DNA of 64,000 nucleotides from contig CAXXHB010000003.1 of assembly GCA_963664815.2 (NCBI GenBank), forward strand, positions 736,001-800,000, written 5' to 3'. Made by a program: the position numbers and the translations under genes. The DNA comes from Spirochaetota bacterium. GTDB taxonomy: Bacteria; Spirochaetota; UBA4802; UBA5550. This document shows positions 59,978-64,000 of this stretch, one piece after another; positions within the stretch are counted from its first letter, which is position 1; each line of letters begins with the position of its first letter. The notes below the pieces were generated by a model. The model did no database searches, was not told the origin of the DNA, and saw only the letters and a list, made by a program, of their open reading frames with translations.

Positions 59978-61726
59978 CTACTTATTCAGCTTTGCAAACA
60001 GCATAATACCGCGTGTATCCCTGAATTCAGAAAATCTCGGGTCTGAAGTAATCACATCAGGATTAAACTCAGTTATATTTATTCTATTGCCGTTCATTCC
60101 CAGCGAAATCAGATAGTTCTTAATTGACGACATCCTGCCTTCCGCCAGTTTTTTATTGATATCAAAACCCCCCGTCGGATCGTTGAACGCAATTATATCC
60201 ACGTTGATATCGGGATATTTTTTCAGTATTTCATAAATTTTATTTGTCTGAAGTATCTGGTTACTGCCTACTGATGTCACACCAGCAGGAAACTGTATTA
60301 TTATTTTCTGAATTTCCTGGCGTATAAAAAGAATCTGCAGATCATTGAATCTGTTTTCAAAAGATTCTATCTTATTATTAAATTTTTCTACAGTTCTGAA
60401 ATCTGCAGATACTGTTTTATTTTTTATAATCTTTATTTCTGGAAAAGAGGCAACGGTTTTATTAATCTCTTCACCGGTTTGCGGAGACGCCACTACTCCC
60501 TTTATAATAATGGTATCTCCATTAACATCACATTCTATGTCATTTGTAAACGGAGGAAGAGCTTCAGCCAGTTTTGATATTATTGTATTTTCAAGAATGG
60601 AATCTCTTATCTCTCCGGTTATAAAAAGAACGCAGAAAATTAATGCTGTTATTCCTGTTATTCCAGCTGTTATTTTGAGTTTTTTATAAGATTTTTCACC
60701 CGGACCTCCGGGATAATTTACCATATTTGATCTGCTGATAAACTCATTAAGCATCCCGGAGATTCCTCCGAAATTATCCATAGACCCTTTAAAACTTTTA
60801 AGCAGATCCCTGTATTTCCGGTGAATATCATTCAATAAAAAATCTATATTATTGTTAATTTCAAGAGTTGTAGAACCGTGAATTACTACCGCAGCATAAA
60901 AATATATGTTTTCAAAAATTTTTATTTTTGATTCACCAAAACTGATTTCATTCAATTCACTGTCTTCTTTATTAAAAGAAGTTCGGGTAAAATCAGTTAT
61001 TGCAGAGAGCATAGCTGCTACGAGATCCCGATCTGCTTCACTGTTCTCAAACCTGGATCCCTGAGCAATAAGAACTGATGATTTTTTTTCAATAATCAGA
61101 ATTTCATCTATTACACATGGAAGTGATTCCCTCAGGATTATTTCTGCAAGTGGGAGTCCGGATTTAAGTGCAAGAAATTTGTATTTCCACATCTTAAGAC
61201 TCATAGATGACTCAAGTCTGTCATTTATATAGCTTACAAGATCCCTGAATGCGTCAGCAATTTTTTTTGTAATGACTTTACCGATTACCGGAGTTATTAT
61301 ATCAAAAAGATCTGAGGCAGGGATATATTTCATGCTTTTCATGTAGTCTACTTCATGTTCCAGATGTTTTATTTTTCTTGCATTTATATATGCAAGTGTA
61401 ATTTCTTCAATTTTCTCATCTATTTCATGAAATGATATATGAACAAATTTTCCTACTGGTTTGAATTCTATAATTCTGCATCGATGGAGAGAGTTAATGC
61501 TCTGATAAACCTCCATGGCTGTAAGTTCGGCAGATTCCGCGATAACATTGTAGTGTGTCCGGACTTCCACTTTTCCCTGGCTGGACAGATCAAGTAAAAC
61601 TCCCAGCACAATTGCATCAGTATCATCAAGCTTATATTTTTTTAGATAGTGCCTTAGTACAGGGTTATCGAGAAGAGAGGTTTTGTTTATCAAAGCGAGT
61701 TGCTTTTTAATTTCTTCTTTTTTCAT
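59978..61726 (-). CDS. membrane protein: wHTH-like + longin/roadblock-like + TM + BON + OmpA-like
   Basis: HYNVIAESAELT..EVYQSINSL; DLVAAMLSAITDF; one TM; TIIIKGVV..IKNK; IQF...NDPTG...NKKLAEGRM. Confidence 0.75.
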   Translation of the reverse strand: MKKEEIKKQLALINKTSLLDNPVLRHYLKKYKLDDTDAIVLGVLLDLSSQGKVEVRTHYNVIAESAELTAMEVYQSINSLHRCRIIEFKPVGKFVHISFHEIDEKIEEITLAYINARKIKHLEHEVDYMKSMKYIPASDLFDIITPVIGKVITKKIADAFRDLVSYINDRLESSMSLKMWKYKFLALKSGLPLAEIILRESLPCVIDEILIIEKKSSVLIAQGSRFENSEADRDLVAAMLSAITDFTRTSFNKEDSELNEISFGESKIKIFENIYFYAAVVIHGSTTLEINNNIDFLLNDIHRKYRDLLKSFKGSMDNFGGISGMLNEFISRSNMVNYPGGPGEKSYKKLKITAGITGITALIFCVLFITGEIRDSILENTIISKLAEALPPFTNDIECDVNGDTIIIKGVVASPQTGEEINKTVASFPEIKIIKNKTVSADFRTVEKFNNKIESFENRFNDLQILFIRQEIQKIIIQFPAGVTSVGSNQILQTNKIYEILKKYPDINVDIIAFNDPTGGFDINKKLAEGRMSSIKNYLISLGMNGNRINITEFNPDVITSDPRFSEFRDTRGIMLFAKLNK

Positions 61727-62178
61727 AATTGATCTTCCCGATTTATTGGCCTAAAAAAATGTCTTTCATCTGAAATCTTTAATTAAGATACTGAAAGAAA
61801 CATCCGGAATCTCTGAAAATTATATTTAATCTTCAAAAAAATGTGAGATCAGCATATTCTCTCTGTAGTTTATTTTAGACCATTTATCAGATCAGGCATT
61901 ACGCGTAAATTATAAAATACATAAAAAATCTGATTAACTGATGCTTAAAATAACGGATTTGTCAATAGCGATTTTCTTTGTACTTCAAATGGTTCAGCTT
62001 AGACTGGTATAAGTGTTGCGACCCTGGTTAGTGGGTATAACTTTTTGTTTTCTGGTAAATAATCTGATGTAATTAATAATTGCTCAAGAAATTACATGTA
62101 AATATTATTGACTTTTAATGTTTACCGGATTATATTCATTTGTATCACTCCTTCCAATAAAATAAAGAGGTCTATTCT

Positions 62179-62856
62179 ATGTCATTAAAAAAAATTTCTC
62201 TGTTTTCTATGTTTGTGCTGTTACTGATAGGTTTAGCTTATGCAAAGGAATACGATAAGCAGTATGCCAAAGCTTACGGCACCGGCATAATCATAGCTTC
62301 TGATAAAGGTCTTCCGCTAAGAGACAAGTTTGATAAATCGCAGGTTGAATTTAAAGATGGTACTTCGTATGTTAAAGGTGGCGCCGGGGCAACTTTCAGT
62401 TTCAGGGCATTTTTAAAAGATGGTAAAGATTATAATTATTATATGAGTAAATTTAAAAAAGGGTATGATACCAAGAAAATTGTTGAAGGTTCTGAAAGAA
62501 TTGTTATTACATTCTGGACATCACACTCTTTCAGAGGTGATAAAGAGCTGGAAAAATGGCCGGCAAAGCTCAGTGATGGAGATCATCTTGAGGGTGGAGG
62601 ACTTGGCCATATGGATTTTGGGATGAGTGAAGTAATGGACTACAAGGATACCGGAGCAGACTATGAAAATATTAAAACCAACTTTGACGGCGCATTTGAA
62701 AACTGGCTTGTTAATGCAAAGCCCGGTTATAAAATGTACATGCTGCTGAGAATCGGTTTCGTATTAAACACAACCTGGGATCCTATTAATCAGCAATGGA
62801 ATACAATGTGGTGCCAAAGTGAGCCTCTGGCTGCAGGTACAGCAGAATTCAGATAA
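62179..62856 (+). CDS. hypothetical secreted protein
   Basis: AGAGG RBS, signal peptide ending AYA. Confidence 0.7.
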   Translation: MSLKKISLFSMFVLLLIGLAYAKEYDKQYAKAYGTGIIIASDKGLPLRDKFDKSQVEFKDGTSYVKGGAGATFSFRAFLKDGKDYNYYMSKFKKGYDTKKIVEGSERIVITFWTSHSFRGDKELEKWPAKLSDGDHLEGGGLGHMDFGMSEVMDYKDTGADYENIKTNFDGAFENWLVNAKPGYKMYMLLRIGFVLNTTWDPINQQWNTMWCQSEPLAAGTAEFR

Positions 62857-62860
62857 TTTT

Positions 62861-62898
62861 AAAAGGCTGTATCAAAGATCTCCGATACAGCCTTTTTT
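62861..62898 (+). terminator. intrinsic terminator
   Basis: AAAAGGCTGTATC / GATACAGCCTTTTTT. Confidence 0.8.
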
Positions 62899-63140
62899 AG
62901 AATCATTTTTAAGCCTCGGATGTTGTTAATTCATACTACGGAGTTATGGTTTACACCCCTTGTGATTAACTTATTATCTGCTATAATTAGCCGGTAATAA
63001 TAAAAACGGATTTATCAATGCAGATTAAATATTTGATGCTGATAAACCGGTTTAATTAACTGCACGTGTTGCATTTCGGTTTGTTGAGTAGAGTTGAACA
63101 ATATTTAAAATTTCAGCAGGGATATAATGTAATTTTAGGA

Positions 63141-63175
63141 ATTTTCTGCCCGCAGGTTGGGTACGGGCAGAAAAT
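63141..63175 (-). terminator. hairpin downstream of hbd
   Basis: ATTTTCTGCCCG / CGGGCAGAAAAT. Confidence 0.6.
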
Positions 63176-63221
63176 CTGGAAAAAATATATTTTTACGCCG
63201 TCATGTATATCTGGTTAAGTA

Positions 63222-64000
63222 TTAACTTTTGCTGTAGTCAAAAAATCCTTTACCTGTTTTCATGCCAAGAAGCCCGCCGCGTACCATCTTCTTAAGAAGA
63301 GGTGACGGTCTGTATTTTGTATCTCCGAATTCTGAATAGAGAACATTCATTACTGAGAGGATTATATCGTTTCCGATTAAATCAGAAAGGGCAAGAGGCC
63401 CCATTGGGTGATTTGCGCCGAGTTTCATCGCTTCATCGATATCAGCTGCAGAGGCAATTCCGTCAGCGAGAATACAGATTGCTTCATTTATCATCGGGAC
63501 AAGTATTCTGTTTACTACAAATCCCGGCGCTTCTTCTACTTCCACCGGAGTTTTGGAGATATCTGTTGTCAGTTTAATAATGGCTGATGTTACGTTGTCG
63601 GATGTTGCAATTCCTCTGATTATTTCAACAAGTTTCATCATCGGTACTGGATTGAAAAAGTGCATTCCTATAACTTTGTCAGGTCTTTTTGTTGCTGAAG
63701 CAATTTCAGTTATAGAGAGAGATGATGTATTTGTCGCAAAGATTGCTGAAGGCTTGCATATTTCATCGAGTTCTTTGAATATTTTTTTCTTGATTTCCAT
63801 GTTCTCAACAGCTGCTTCAATTACAAGGTCAGAGTCGGAAGCATCAGAGATCTTTGTTGTAGTTTTTATTCTGCTTAAAGCCTGGGTTTTTGCTTCAACG
63901 GTAATTTTTTCCTTTGCGGCAAGTTTATCAAGATTTTTTGTAATCAGTGATAAACCTTTTGCAACGAATGATTCCTCAAGGTCACGCATTACAACATCAT
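63222..64000 (-). CDS. hbd: 3-hydroxybutyryl-CoA dehydrogenase (5' end outside window)
   Basis: [47 protein letters not shown]; the Rossmann GxGxxG is missing and the frame stays open to the edge. Confidence 0.92.
   Translation of the reverse strand, partial: DVVMRDLEESFVAKGLSLITKNLDKLAAKEKITVEAKTQALSRIKTTTKISDASDSDLVIEAAVENMEIKKKIFKELDEICKPSAIFATNTSSLSITEIASATKRPDKVIGMHFFNPVPMMKLVEIIRGIATSDNVTSAIIKLTTDISKTPVEVEEAPGFVVNRILVPMINEAICILADGIASAADIDEAMKLGANHPMGPLALSDLIGNDIILSVMNVLYSEFGDTKYRPSPLLKKMVRGGLLGMKTGKGFFDYSKS

Overview
AT-rich (roughly 38-40% GC by eye) bacterial chromosomal segment. Lipoprotein signal style, TM-AraC, the FlgD-Ig-like protein and the receptor content suggest a free-living, probably anaerobic spirochaete, but this is inference only. 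The window is a mosaic of signalling genes (4 chemoreceptors, 2 histidine kinases, 2 HD-GYP proteins, several one-component regulators), many lipoproteins (several as paralogous pairs), an orphan RND transporter, a beta-keto-acid cleavage/acetoacetate operon, a lipase, a multicopper oxidase and a partial hbd. I found no rRNA, tRNA, CRISPR array or intact mobile element. Top finding: the short ORFs at 10610-11374 are one reading frame encoding a MerB (organomercurial lyase)-like protein. In-frame UGA codons sit exactly at both catalytic Cys positions, and a clear SECIS-like hairpin follows the second, so this is a probable double-selenocysteine lyase behind a palindromic operator downstream of a MarR gene. 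Second finding: a four-gene cluster (57712-61726) couples a Rab-like small GTPase to a wHTH/longin-like/TM/BON/OmpA envelope protein, a stand-alone PAS-like protein and a PAS-HD-GYP phosphodiesterase. Local duplications, gene remnants, shared upstream elements and a candidate sRNA are also documented.
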